39,099 nt of DNA from IMG/VR virus record IMGVR_UViG_2537561603_000005; one strand, written 5' to 3'. The stretch is from a virus. Taxonomy: Duplodnaviria > Heunggongvirae > Uroviricota > Caudoviricetes. The notes beneath the pieces were generated by a model, which was not told the origin of the DNA, did no database searches, and worked only from the letters and a program-made list of their open reading frames with translations. Both the position numbers and the translations under genes were made by a program. Numbering within the stretch: position 1 is the first letter of the stretch; every line of letters begins with the position of its first letter. Shown in pieces: positions 17,864 through 27,502 of the stretch.

Positions 17864-18988
17864 ATGAAGACGAAAAACACGCCCAAACTTGCTTATGCCA
17901 TTCTGAATGCCATCAGCCTGTCCGCAGACGGGGACGGTGACTGGTGTCAGATCATGCCAGCCGGTCGGGTAAAGGCCCGTGACGGTCGCCCGGAAAAACC
18001 GGCGGAAGGCTGGCTGATTAACCATGCGGCCGTTGAGCGCATGGTATCCGGGGTTGTGGCACTCAATCAGCCGGTGAAGATTGACTATAACCACCAGTCA
18101 CTGATTGAGGGACATGCGGCACCGGCTGCCGGTTTTGTCATGGCCTCGCCGGAGAACTTCCGTTTCAGTGAAGAGCGTGGTTTTGAAGTGCGTCCGAAGT
18201 GGAACCCTCCGGCCATTGAACACCTGCGCAATAACGAATTTCCCTGGTTTTCCCCGGTGATTGGTTATGACGAGAGCACCGGCGAACCTGTCGAACTTCG
18301 GATGCTGGCTATTACCGGTGACCCCGGTCTGACCGGCATGAATCCTGTCGCCGCACTGTCGGCGGATGACCTTTATAACGCCTTAAACCCTCCTTTAAAG
18401 GACACCTCCATGAATGAGCAATTACGCCAGTTGCTGACGGCGCTCGGTCTGACCGTGGCCGACGGTGACGAATTTACACCGGAACTGGGCACGGCGGCGC
18501 TGTCTGCCCTTACCGGGATCAAAACCCGTGCGGATGCGCACGACACCCTGAAAACGCAGGTTGCCAGCCTGTCGGCAGAGCTGGAAACCGCAAAAGGCAC
18601 ACCAACTGGCGGCACTATTGATCTGACGAAATACGTGCCGGTTGAGACGTATAACGCCCTGCGTACCGAATATGCCGCGCTGTCGGCACAACACGGCAGC
18701 ACCACGCTGGAGCAGTTGCTGGATAAGGCCGAGTCCGAAGGACGCATTTTCAAAAGCGAACGCGGATACATGGAAGGACTCGGACAACAGATTGGCGTCG
18801 CGGCACTTTCTGCACAGCTTGACGCCCGCCAGCCGGTTGCGGCTCTGACCACTCTTCAGACCGACACCGTAACCGTGCCGGATAAAAAGACCGCCACCGC
18901 TGTGCTGTCGGCTGAAGATATCGCCGCCGCACGTCTGCTGGGTAAAACCGAAGCCGAGTTCCTGAAAATGAAAGAGGAAATGCAATAA
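17864..18988 (+). CDS. I: head protease / scaffold protein I (Mu gp32-like)
   Basis: 374 aa immediately upstream of the major capsid gene; Ala/Leu-rich helical C-terminal half typical of scaffold. Confidence 0.75.
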   Translation: MKTKNTPKLAYAILNAISLSADGDGDWCQIMPAGRVKARDGRPEKPAEGWLINHAAVERMVSGVVALNQPVKIDYNHQSLIEGHAAPAAGFVMASPENFRFSEERGFEVRPKWNPPAIEHLRNNEFPWFSPVIGYDESTGEPVELRMLAITGDPGLTGMNPVAALSADDLYNALNPPLKDTSMNEQLRQLLTALGLTVADGDEFTPELGTAALSALTGIKTRADAHDTLKTQVASLSAELETAKGTPTGGTIDLTKYVPVETYNALRTEYAALSAQHGSTTLEQLLDKAESEGRIFKSERGYMEGLGQQIGVAALSAQLDARQPVAALTTLQTDTVTVPDKKTATAVLSAEDIAAARLLGKTEAEFLKMKEEMQ

Positions 18989-19935
18989 TGCCTACCCCGA
19001 TTACACCGGCGATGATCACCGCCCTGATGACGGGCTACCGTTCTGATTTTCAGGCCGGGATGTCCATGGCTCCGTCGCAGTACCAGAAAATTGCGATGAC
19101 CGTGCCGTCCACGTCGAAATCCAACACCTACGGCTGGCTGGGGCAGTTCCCGCAGTTCCGTGAGTGGATCGGCTCCCGCGTCATCGAGAAGATGAAAGCC
19201 TATGGCTACGCCATCGTGAACAAAACCTTTGAAGGCACCGTTGCCATTAGCCGCGATGACTTTGAAGACGACAATCTCGGCATCTACTCCCCGTTATTCC
19301 AGGAAATGGGTCGTGCCGCTGCGGCACAACCGGATGAACTGGTCTTTGCTGCACTGCGTGATGGTCTGAATGCGGCCTGCTATGACGGCCAGAACTTCTT
19401 TGATACCGAACACCCTGTTTACCCCAAAGTGGATGGCTCCGGTGATGCACAGATGGTCAGCAATATGTTTGTGGCAAAAACCGGCTCTGTCGGTGCACAG
19501 GCGGATTACAGCGGCCCGGCCTGGTATCTGCTTGACTGCTCCCGCGCGGTAAAACCGCTGATTTATCAGGATCGCCGCAAGGCCGAACTGGTTGCCCAGA
19601 CAAAAGTCGATGAAGGCCGTGCGTTTACTGATAACGAGTTTGTGTTCGGTGCTTCCGCCCGTCGCAATGTGGGCTACGGCTTCTGGCAGATGGCCTACAT
19701 GATGCAGTCACCGCTGACGCTGGATGCGCTGTGGCACGGCTGGTCAGCCATGCGTGACTTTAAGGCTGACGGTGGCCGCAAACTCGGCATCAAACCAACC
19801 CATATTGTTGTCCCCACCTCGCTGGAAAAACAGGCGGTGCAGCTGCTGGAGCGCGAGCTGTTCGCGGACGGTAACACCACCGTCTCTAACGAGATGAAGG
19901 GCAAGCTGGAGCTGGTTGTCGCGGATTATCTGTAA
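18988..19935 (+). CDS. T: major capsid protein T (Mu gp34-like)
   Basis: 315 aa, start ATG overlaps I stop (TAATG); followed by a GC hairpin; gene order. Confidence 0.8.
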   Translation: MPTPITPAMITALMTGYRSDFQAGMSMAPSQYQKIAMTVPSTSKSNTYGWLGQFPQFREWIGSRVIEKMKAYGYAIVNKTFEGTVAISRDDFEDDNLGIYSPLFQEMGRAAAAQPDELVFAALRDGLNAACYDGQNFFDTEHPVYPKVDGSGDAQMVSNMFVAKTGSVGAQADYSGPAWYLLDCSRAVKPLIYQDRRKAELVAQTKVDEGRAFTDNEFVFGASARRNVGYGFWQMAYMMQSPLTLDALWHGWSAMRDFKADGGRKLGIKPTHIVVPTSLEKQAVQLLERELFADGNTTVSNEMKGKLELVVADYL

Positions 19936-19978
19936 ACGGTGAGCCGGGCTTACGGCCCGGCCCCTGCGGAGGGCAAAT

Positions 19979-20368
19979 ATGAATGAACATCACACTGTGG
20001 CAGCAACAGATGATTCAGGTCTTCGGGTCAGTGGTGACAATCCTGTCACGGTACTGGCAGAAGTGCGTTGCAGTCGTATGCAGTTTCGTCGTGCGGGGTT
20101 CCTGTTCATGCGGGGACGCCAGCAGGTTGACGTCACCCCGGAGCAGCTTGCCCGACTGGAAGCGGAGCCATGCCTCACTGTACGAATACTACAGACGCCT
20201 GGTGATGATGCGGGAGCCGTGGCGGGTGTGGTTCATGCAGCGACCGGTACAGATTTAGCCGAAGCCGAAGCCGAAGCCGAAGCCGAAGCCGAAGCCGAAG
20301 CCGGACAGGATGCTCCCCGGAAAAAGACCGGCAATAAAGCCAGACAGGAAAAAAAGGCGCGCGCATGA
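19979..20368 (+). CDS. hypothetical head-region protein with (Ala-Glu)n repeat
   Basis: 129-aa ORF containing AEAEAEAEAEAEAEA encoded by a GCCGAA hexanucleotide array. Confidence 0.5.
   Translation: MNEHHTVAATDDSGLRVSGDNPVTVLAEVRCSRMQFRRAGFLFMRGRQQVDVTPEQLARLEAEPCLTVRILQTPGDDAGAVAGVVHAATGTDLAEAEAEAEAEAEAEAGQDAPRKKTGNKARQEKKARA
20258..20302. repeat. hexanucleotide tandem repeat (GCCGAA)x7 inside a CDS
   Basis: Seven contiguous GCCGAA units plus a partial unit, in frame. Confidence 0.9.
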
Positions 20369-20784
20369 ATTACGCCACCGAAACCGATATGCGGGCACGT
20401 TACCGCGAGGATTTGCTCCGGCCGTTACTGGCTGTGCCCCGTTCGGATGAACCGGACACGCGCAAGCTGAACCGGGCACTGACAGATGCGTCAGCCCTTA
20501 TCGACAGCTACCTGTCTGCCCGTTACACGCTGCCGCTGGCGGTGGTTCCGGCGGTCCTTGTTCAGCACTGCTGCACGATTGCCTTTTATTACCTGTGCGA
20601 TCAGCGGGCATCCGATCAGGCGCGTGACCGTTACCGTGAGGCGCTGACATGGCTGAAAAACGTCATGAACGGCAATGTGCCGGTCGGCGTGGATACCGAC
20701 GGTGCGGCCCCTGAATCCGGGGATTTACCGCAGGTGCAGTCTGATGCGGCGGTGTTCGGGCGCAACCAGAAGGGCTTTATATGA
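20365..20784 (+). CDS. Mu gp36-like head-tail region protein
   Basis: 139 aa, overlapping start/stop with neighbours; position in Mu order. Confidence 0.55.
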   Translation: MNYATETDMRARYREDLLRPLLAVPRSDEPDTRKLNRALTDASALIDSYLSARYTLPLAVVPAVLVQHCCTIAFYYLCDQRASDQARDRYREALTWLKNVMNGNVPVGVDTDGAAPESGDLPQVQSDAAVFGRNQKGFI

Positions 20785-21344
20785 TTACGGAAACCGAACA
20801 GGCATATATCGCCCGCATCCGTGAGTATTTCGGGAATGAACTGGTGTCCGTTGACACACATCCCGGCGACTGGAGCGACAGCGTGCTGCGCACCATGCTG
20901 ATTAACGCCCCGGCTATCTATGTTGCCTGGCTGGGTGCAGGTGAAGGGCGTACCCGTGGGCGTCTGGTCAGTCACTGGGTGTTCTACGTCATCGGCGACA
21001 TGCTCAATGGCCGTGAGGTCAGCCGTCCCGGACTTTATCAGATTGTGGCCCGCCTGATTGCCGTACTGAACGGCTTCAGAACCGAAAAAACCTCACCGCT
21101 TTACTTTGAAAAGGCGGTTAACGGTTACACCGAAACGCAGGCAGACAGCGGAGCCGTGATGTACGCCCTTTATTTCTCATCCGAGGAAATGATTGACCCG
21201 CTGACGGATATCAGCTCACTGGATGATTTCCTGCGCCATTACGAAACCTTTACCGAACCGGAAGGCACACCGGAATTTAAGGCACACATCCGTCTGCCTG
21301 GTGCAACTGCCGCCGGTGAAAACGCCGGACTGTCAGAGGAATAA
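20781..21344 (+). CDS. Mu gp37-like protein
   Basis: 187 aa, ATGA overlap with upstream gene; gene order. Confidence 0.55.
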   Translation: MITETEQAYIARIREYFGNELVSVDTHPGDWSDSVLRTMLINAPAIYVAWLGAGEGRTRGRLVSHWVFYVIGDMLNGREVSRPGLYQIVARLIAVLNGFRTEKTSPLYFEKAVNGYTETQADSGAVMYALYFSSEEMIDPLTDISSLDDFLRHYETFTEPEGTPEFKAHIRLPGATAAGENAGLSEE

Positions 21345-21347
21345 CAG

Positions 21348-21626
21348 ATGACAACCATTTTTATTAAACCTGCGCCGGGATGCCTGATTCGCGATCCCGA
21401 CACGATGACTCCGCTCTCACAGGACGGTGAAGAGAAACCCTTCACTCCGTTCTGGTGCCGCCGTCTTAATGATGGCGACGTCATTGTGGTGGATAAAACG
21501 GCGGAGCCTGCCCCGGCTGCCACAACAGGTAATACCGGCGAGGCTGCAAAACCAGCGGGAGCGGCAGCAGAAAAACCTGCGGCGGCGGCTGAAAAACCCG
21601 CAGCATCAGACAAGGGGACTTCCTGA
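21348..21626 (+). CDS. Mu gp38-like protein with Ala/Pro/Lys-rich C-terminus
   Basis: 92 aa; C-terminal AAAEKPAAAAEKPAA repeat; immediately upstream of the sheath gene. Confidence 0.5.
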   Translation: MTTIFIKPAPGCLIRDPDTMTPLSQDGEEKPFTPFWCRRLNDGDVIVVDKTAEPAPAATTGNTGEAAKPAGAAAEKPAAAAEKPAASDKGTS

Positions 21627-23107
21627 TGATTAACTTTGATAACATCGGCGATAACAATCGTATTCCGCTGGTACAGATTGAAATCAATAACTCAATGGCC
21701 GTGACCGGCACGCCGCCGCAGCGTCAGGCGGTGCTGTTGTTTGGTCAGCGAAACCGTAATGCGTTCGGTGCCGTGGATTCTCCTGTCCGTATCACCCGCG
21801 CGTCTCAGGCAACAGAACTCTGGGGGCGTGGCTCCATGATTGCGCAGATGGTGGCAGCGTTTATTGCCATTAACCCTGATACGGAACTGTACGGCATTGC
21901 TCAGGGGGAAGGCACCGGCACGGCCACGTCCGGCACCATCACGCTTTCCGGTACGGCAACGGAAGACAATGTACTGAATCTCTATGTTGCCGGGCGTCCT
22001 TACCGTCTGGCCGTCAGCAAAGGCAAACCGGGCAATCTCCTGGCGGATGCGCTTGCCGCGATGATTAACGCTGACCAGGACAGTCCGGTGAGTGCGAGTA
22101 CTTCCGTCCCTGCGGATAATCAGGATCAGACCAAAAAAGTGATCACCCTGGCGGCGAAATTTACCGGCGAATGCTCCGTGCATGATATCCGGCTGAATTA
22201 TTATTCCGGTGAAGTGACACCTGCCGGGCTTGTGGTGTCGGTTGCCGGTGGCACCGCGCCGAAAAACCCGGATATTACCAACAGCATCGCTGCCATGGGG
22301 ACGCGCCAGTATAACTATATTGTGATGCCCTATAAGGATGCGGCGAATCTCAAAATTCTGGCGGAAGAACTGCTGAAACGCTGGGGACCGGTAAAAATGT
22401 CAGACGGTATGGTCTGGATGGCGCATACCGGCACCTTCGGCACGGCAACCAGTTTTGGTGAGTCCCGTAATGATTTCCTGTTCACCTGTACCTCCATTCC
22501 GAAGGCACCGGAGCCGGATTATGTCTGGGCGGCCTCCATTTGTGCGGTCTGTGCGCCGTCACTGTCTGCCGATCCTGCCCGCCCGCTCCAGACGCTGGCG
22601 TTGCCTGCACGACTGGCCCCGGCAGAATCAGATCGCCTGACACGGGAGGAGCGAAACAGCCTGCTTTATACCGGCATGTCCACGGTGACCGTCGCGGCGG
22701 CTGATGTGGTGCAGATTGAACGTCAGGTGACGATGTACCGTCAGAATGCATACGGCGAAAGCGATCCCAGCTATCTGGATGTGGAAACCATCTACACCCT
22801 GTCATATCTGCGTTATTCACTGCGCACCTTTATCACGCAGCGTTTCCCGCGCCATAAACTGGCCGATAACGGCACCCCCGTCCGGCCCGGTCAGAATATC
22901 GTGACGCCGGAGATCATGACGCTCCAGCTGATTGCGCTGGGGGAAGAATGGGTGGATCTGGGACTGGTCGAAAATCTGGACACCTTTAAAAAGAATCTGC
23001 TCGTGGAGCGCAACACAAAAGACCGTAACCGTCTGGATGTGATGTGTACACCGGATCTGGTTAACCAGTTCCGCTTCATGGCCGCGCAGATCCGTTTCAT
23101 TTTGTGA
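21626..23107 (+). CDS. L: tail sheath protein L
   Basis: 493 aa, followed directly by a ~120-aa tube gene, as in contractile tails. Confidence 0.8.
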   Translation: MINFDNIGDNNRIPLVQIEINNSMAVTGTPPQRQAVLLFGQRNRNAFGAVDSPVRITRASQATELWGRGSMIAQMVAAFIAINPDTELYGIAQGEGTGTATSGTITLSGTATEDNVLNLYVAGRPYRLAVSKGKPGNLLADALAAMINADQDSPVSASTSVPADNQDQTKKVITLAAKFTGECSVHDIRLNYYSGEVTPAGLVVSVAGGTAPKNPDITNSIAAMGTRQYNYIVMPYKDAANLKILAEELLKRWGPVKMSDGMVWMAHTGTFGTATSFGESRNDFLFTCTSIPKAPEPDYVWAASICAVCAPSLSADPARPLQTLALPARLAPAESDRLTREERNSLLYTGMSTVTVAAADVVQIERQVTMYRQNAYGESDPSYLDVETIYTLSYLRYSLRTFITQRFPRHKLADNGTPVRPGQNIVTPEIMTLQLIALGEEWVDLGLVENLDTFKKNLLVERNTKDRNRLDVMCTPDLVNQFRFMAAQIRFIL

Positions 23108-23115
23108 GGTAAGGC

Positions 23116-23481
23116 ATGAGCGGAAAACAGTATCAGGGCACGGCCACCATCCGTGTGAACGGACAGGAGTACGCCACCCTTGAGGGAGCCACGTTCTCCC
23201 CGTCCGGCTTTGAGCGTGAAGTGGTGAAAGGCGCGAAAGTTTACGGCTATCGCGAGAAACCCCGTGAGGCGACGCTGGACTGTAAATTTCCGGCTGGCGG
23301 AGAAGGTTCACCGGCTACCGATGAAATCAACACCTGGACTGCGGTGACGATTGAGTTTGTGGCCGATACCGGTGAAGTCCACATGATGACGAAGGCCTGG
23401 AGCAGTGAACCGGCCTCGCTTGACGGTGGCGGTGATATCTCCGCGAAGTTCGCCAGCGCCACCAGTACCCGTGTCCAGTAA
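23116..23481 (+). CDS. M: tail tube protein M
   Basis: 121 aa immediately after the sheath gene. Confidence 0.75.
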   Translation: MSGKQYQGTATIRVNGQEYATLEGATFSPSGFEREVVKGAKVYGYREKPREATLDCKFPAGGEGSPATDEINTWTAVTIEFVADTGEVHMMTKAWSSEPASLDGGGDISAKFASATSTRVQ

Positions 23482-23495
23482 TCAGGAAAAATGTA

Positions 23496-23972
23496 ATGAG
23501 CACACGTAAGAAAAAAACGGCGGTTTCTGACGAGGCCGTGATGGCGGCTATCCGGGATGCACTTGAGGACGGCGATCCCCGCACCGCCGGGCTGGCTGAA
23601 CAGCTGGCGAACGGCTATGTGGATCTGCTCGACGGCCTGCCGTTCGGTGAATCCCGTGAATATCGCGTCACCTTCCGCGAACTGACAGCGAAAGACAGCA
23701 TTGATGCGGAGAGTGAGGCCGAGCGTCTTATGGAAACCCGAAACGGTCCGGTTCTGGTGGCCTCACCGGCACTGCGCGGTATTGCGCTGCTGCGCCGTCA
23801 GATTGCCGCTGTCGGTCAGGTTGAGGGGCCATTGTCTCCGCGTCAGATCGGACAGCTCAGCGAGCGCGATCTCTCCCGCCTGATGGCGGCGGTAAGCCTG
23901 CTTGACTCGGCGATGGCCGGAAAGCTGGTCGCTGAACGGGGGCGAACAGATGCAGTGCCGGGATCAGATTGA
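23496..23972 (+). CDS. tail assembly chaperone (gene upstream of tape measure)
   Basis: 158 aa acidic protein directly upstream of tape measure; a second ORF in another frame (23902..24096) overlaps its 3' end. Confidence 0.55.
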   Translation: MSTRKKKTAVSDEAVMAAIRDALEDGDPRTAGLAEQLANGYVDLLDGLPFGESREYRVTFRELTAKDSIDAESEAERLMETRNGPVLVASPALRGIALLRRQIAAVGQVEGPLSPRQIGQLSERDLSRLMAAVSLLDSAMAGKLVAERGRTDAVPGSD

Positions 23973-24099
23973 AGAAGCCGCAATTGTGCTGGGGATGGTG
24001 ACAAAAAGCGGCCCGGAATGGGCGCTTAACCTCCCCTTATCGCAGCTTTACCGGCACTGCCGACAGACCGAAAAAATTCTCAGAACGAAGCAGTAACCC

Positions 24100-26157
24100 A
24101 TGGCAAAAAACCTGAAAGCCTCCCTGATTGTCGATTTACTCGGCAATATTTCCGCCAAATCCCGCCAGTGGTCACAGGAGCTGGGGGCATTCTCCCGTTC
24201 CGGCAGGACAGGCCTGGGTGGTCTTGGAAATGCAGCCCGCCGGGCCGGTCAGGAAACAGAACTTGTCGGTTCCCGTATGCAGCGAACGCTTGCCGGTGTT
24301 CGTGGCAGCATCCGCACGGTAACGTCAGATTTTGACCGCCTGCAGGGCAGCATTACCGGCACCATCGGGCGGATAAGCAACCTTTACGGGATGCTGGCGG
24401 GAGGGGCTGCGGTCTACGGTTTTAATAAAGCCTTTATCCGCCCGGCCGCAGAGATGGAGAACTATATTCTGCGTCTCAACGCCATTAATCATGGCGATAA
24501 GGCAAAAACGGAAGCAGTGAAAGCCTGGGCAGTACAGAACGCCAAAGACACCACCTGGGGGCTGGCGGGGGTTATGCAGGAATACGCCTCCAGTCGCGGG
24601 TTTGGCATGAGTGACAGGGAAGCCCGTCGCTTTATTACCATGCTTCAGGATCAGGGCGGCTATCACGGCTGGTCACTGTCAGATGCACAGGGTGCGTCCC
24701 TGCAACTCAAACAGATGTTTACCCGCCAGAGTATCCAGGCAGCGGACGCCAATATTCTGACCGGATACGGGATTAACATTTACCAGTTACTGGCCGATAA
24801 GCTGGGCGTAAACCAGAAGCTCATCCGTGAGAAAGGCGAAAAAGGAAAACTGGGGCCGGACAGCATTCGCCTGTTATTTCAGGTGATGGCCGAACAGGCA
24901 AAAGGTGCCCAGAAAAACGCCATGAATTCCTGGACGGGAATGACGTCCATGATGGGCGACGTCTGGGATCAGTTTGCCCGTGAAGTGATGGCAAAGGGAC
25001 CGTTTGACAGCCTGAAAAAGAGCCTGAAAGGCTTTCTGGATTATGCTGATGCGGCACAGAAAAGCGGCTTACAGGATAAGCTGGCCACACAGACGGCCTC
25101 AGCCCTGAATCAGGGATTTGAGTATGCCAGAGACGCTGCGACCGGCTTTTACCGGGCCATTCAGAAAGTCAGGGAAACGCTTCAGGCACTGCGTGACGCC
25201 GGTTATGGCGATGCTCTGGATCGCATTGGTCAGGGTGCGCAGACCGCCGCGAAGTACCTGATGTATATGTATCTCGCCTCCCGTGCGCTGAAGGTGCTCA
25301 GGTTTGCGGGGACGGGGGCATTACGTCTCGGTGCAACTCCCTTACGCTATGGTATGGCGATGACCTCTGTGCTGACGTCGCCCTTCCGCAAACCGCAGAC
25401 CACTGTGCCGGGAACGCAGCCCGGACGCGCTGGCCGCTTCCTGAATTTCCTTACCGGGGTAAATCCGGCTGCCGTTCAGCCTGTGCTGGTCACCAACTGG
25501 CCTGCTGGGGGCCTGGCATCAGGTGGCGGGGATGTGGTGGTCAGCGGTGACGGCAAAACCGTGCGCGGCCGTAAAAAACGCGGCCCCGGACGCGGGCGGG
25601 GTGTCACGACCGTCGTGACTGCCGGTGAGCAACTGGCGGAGAGTGCCGGTAAACAGGGCTTCTTCGGTCGTATAATGAGCCGTGCCGGTGGTCTGCTTTC
25701 GGCTGCCGGAAACCGCATGGGGCTGGGGCGTTTTGCCGGGCTGTTCCGTGGTGCCGGTCGGCTGGGTGGGGGTGCCCTGTGGGCCGGTGCCATGGCGGCT
25801 CCTGTACTGCTGGACAGCAGCGCCAGCGCAGCCGATAAAGCCGGTGCCGTGGGTTCTCTTGCCGGAAGTATCGCCGGTGGCGCGCTGGGGGCGGCTGCCG
25901 GTCCGGTCGGGGTTGCCATTGGTTCCACAGTGGGCAGCTATCTCGGTGATTATCTGGGGGGCTGGCTGACGCAGGCCTGGCAGAAACTGCGTGGCGGCAG
26001 TGACGAAAACGGCGGACAGGCCACCGCGAAAACCGCCGCACGGGTGGAGCTTGTGGCCCCTGAAGGCTGGCGGGCACGCAGTATTGATGTGGATGATACC
26101 GCACAGCATGGCCTGGATGTGAACGTCTGGAACGGAGGGAACTATGGCCTCTACTGA
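24100..26157 (+). CDS. tail tape measure protein
   Basis: 685 aa, helical N-terminal two-thirds and Gly/Ala-rich C-terminal third; location after chaperone. Confidence 0.8.
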   Translation: MAKNLKASLIVDLLGNISAKSRQWSQELGAFSRSGRTGLGGLGNAARRAGQETELVGSRMQRTLAGVRGSIRTVTSDFDRLQGSITGTIGRISNLYGMLAGGAAVYGFNKAFIRPAAEMENYILRLNAINHGDKAKTEAVKAWAVQNAKDTTWGLAGVMQEYASSRGFGMSDREARRFITMLQDQGGYHGWSLSDAQGASLQLKQMFTRQSIQAADANILTGYGINIYQLLADKLGVNQKLIREKGEKGKLGPDSIRLLFQVMAEQAKGAQKNAMNSWTGMTSMMGDVWDQFAREVMAKGPFDSLKKSLKGFLDYADAAQKSGLQDKLATQTASALNQGFEYARDAATGFYRAIQKVRETLQALRDAGYGDALDRIGQGAQTAAKYLMYMYLASRALKVLRFAGTGALRLGATPLRYGMAMTSVLTSPFRKPQTTVPGTQPGRAGRFLNFLTGVNPAAVQPVLVTNWPAGGLASGGGDVVVSGDGKTVRGRKKRGPGRGRGVTTVVTAGEQLAESAGKQGFFGRIMSRAGGLLSAAGNRMGLGRFAGLFRGAGRLGGGALWAGAMAAPVLLDSSASAADKAGAVGSLAGSIAGGALGAAAGPVGVAIGSTVGSYLGDYLGGWLTQAWQKLRGGSDENGGQATAKTAARVELVAPEGWRARSIDVDDTAQHGLDVNVWNGGNYGLY

Positions 26158-27502
26158 CACGCCGGGGCGTGGCTCCTTCCGTGGTGTGCCGTTCCTGGTT
26201 TATCAGGAGCAGCGGGAACGGGGCGGACGTAACATTGTGCGCCGTGAATACCCACTGCGTGAAAGCGGCGGTGCGGATGATCTGGGGCCAAAACTCCCGG
26301 AGTTCACATTCACGGTTCTGGTAACCGGAGACGATCTTCAGACACAGCGAAGCCGCCTGCGCGATGCGCTGCGTGCACCCGGTGCCGGTGAACTGATGCA
26401 CCCGGATTACGGCACGTTAAACGTGCTGATAAACAGCTTTGAAAGCCGTTATAACGCCAGCGAGCAGGGAACGGTTGAGTTCACGATCAACGTGATCCCC
26501 GCCAGTGACGATACCGCCCCTTCGGTGGCAGAAGATACGGCAGCTGCGCTGGAGCAGAAAAGCGGTTCAGCAATGAATCAGCTGTTTAACACGCTTTCAG
26601 ACGGCTGGACGGTGATTTCAGACGGTCTGCATGATGTTCAGGCCATGACCGACACCATCAGCGATAAGATTGATGCGCTGGAGAATGCCGTTTCGGGGAT
26701 GGGGATTGTGCAGGATATCAGTGCCTTTACGGCCAGTTTTACTGCCCTGAAAGGCAATGCCACCGCCCTGATTAATGCGCCCCGTCGCATGGCTGAATCG
26801 CTGGCCGGAATGTTTGCCGTGCTGACCGGGCTGCCCGGCGATCCTTCCCTGTCGCTGACCGGAAAAGCCGGAACGCCATCCGGCAGCCTGACCACAAACC
26901 GTGACAGCATGACAGAGCAGGCCATGCCGCAACTGTACCGCACACTTTCCTCCCTGCGTTACACCCTCAGCGAACAGGATGATCCACAGCGCCTGATTGG
27001 CCTGACGCCTGCGGCACAGAACAATATCCGTCTGCTGCGGAGCGTGATGCAGAGTGCAGCCCTGGTGTCGCAGGCGCAGACGGTCGGAAAACTGCTGGAT
27101 CAGGTCATCCGGCAGAATACGACGCACGTTCAGGATACTGACCGTTCGGGCGGACTGGCCTGGCTGGAAAGTTCTGCTGATGTGCAGCGTATCAACCGGG
27201 ATTTGAGCGATGCCATGGAACAACAGGTGCTGGATCTGTCCGCACAGGGCTATACCGGGACTGCCCTTGCATTACGTGATGCAGGGCTTGCGCTGACAGA
27301 AGATTTAACCACGCGGAGTGTTCATCTTCCCGGTGCTTTTCAGGTCATGGTTCGCACCACCGAACCGGCACTGGTCACGCTGTACCGTGCCACCGGCAAC
27401 AGCCGCCGCTGGCAGTATTTTGTCCGCAGAAACAATATCCCCGATCCGGTTTTTGTTCCGGGTGGCCGCAGCGTGGAGGTGATCAGTGAGCAGCAGGATT
27501 GA
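26144..27502 (+). CDS. N: DNA circulation protein N (Mu gp43-like)
   Basis: 452 aa following tape measure with overlapping start. Confidence 0.7.
   Translation: MASTDTPGRGSFRGVPFLVYQEQRERGGRNIVRREYPLRESGGADDLGPKLPEFTFTVLVTGDDLQTQRSRLRDALRAPGAGELMHPDYGTLNVLINSFESRYNASEQGTVEFTINVIPASDDTAPSVAEDTAAALEQKSGSAMNQLFNTLSDGWTVISDGLHDVQAMTDTISDKIDALENAVSGMGIVQDISAFTASFTALKGNATALINAPRRMAESLAGMFAVLTGLPGDPSLSLTGKAGTPSGSLTTNRDSMTEQAMPQLYRTLSSLRYTLSEQDDPQRLIGLTPAAQNNIRLLRSVMQSAALVSQAQTVGKLLDQVIRQNTTHVQDTDRSGGLAWLESSADVQRINRDLSDAMEQQVLDLSAQGYTGTALALRDAGLALTEDLTTRSVHLPGAFQVMVRTTEPALVTLYRATGNSRRWQYFVRRNNIPDPVFVPGGRSVEVISEQQD

Noticed and set aside
19936-19978. Hairpin after the major capsid gene (GCCGGGC-TTACG-GCCCGGC) as a terminator
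   Set aside because: GC-rich stem but no downstream U-tract and the next gene starts 10 nt later; more likely an mRNA-stabilising or attenuating hairpin, so not called as a terminator.
20258-20302. Possible CRISPR-like array
   Set aside because: Pure 6-nt tandem repeat without spacers, inside a coding sequence; not CRISPR architecture.
20175-20479. Minus-strand ORFs encoding LRLRLR... and GFGFGF... repeats
   Set aside because: Alternative-frame/antisense readings of the GCCGAA hexanucleotide array inside the + strand head-region gene; no independent support.
25519-26401. Long minus-strand ORFs (213 and 265 aa) antisense to the tape measure / N genes
   Set aside because: Pro/Arg/Gly-rich antisense ORFs typical of GC-rich coding DNA read on the wrong strand; they overlap well-supported + strand genes.
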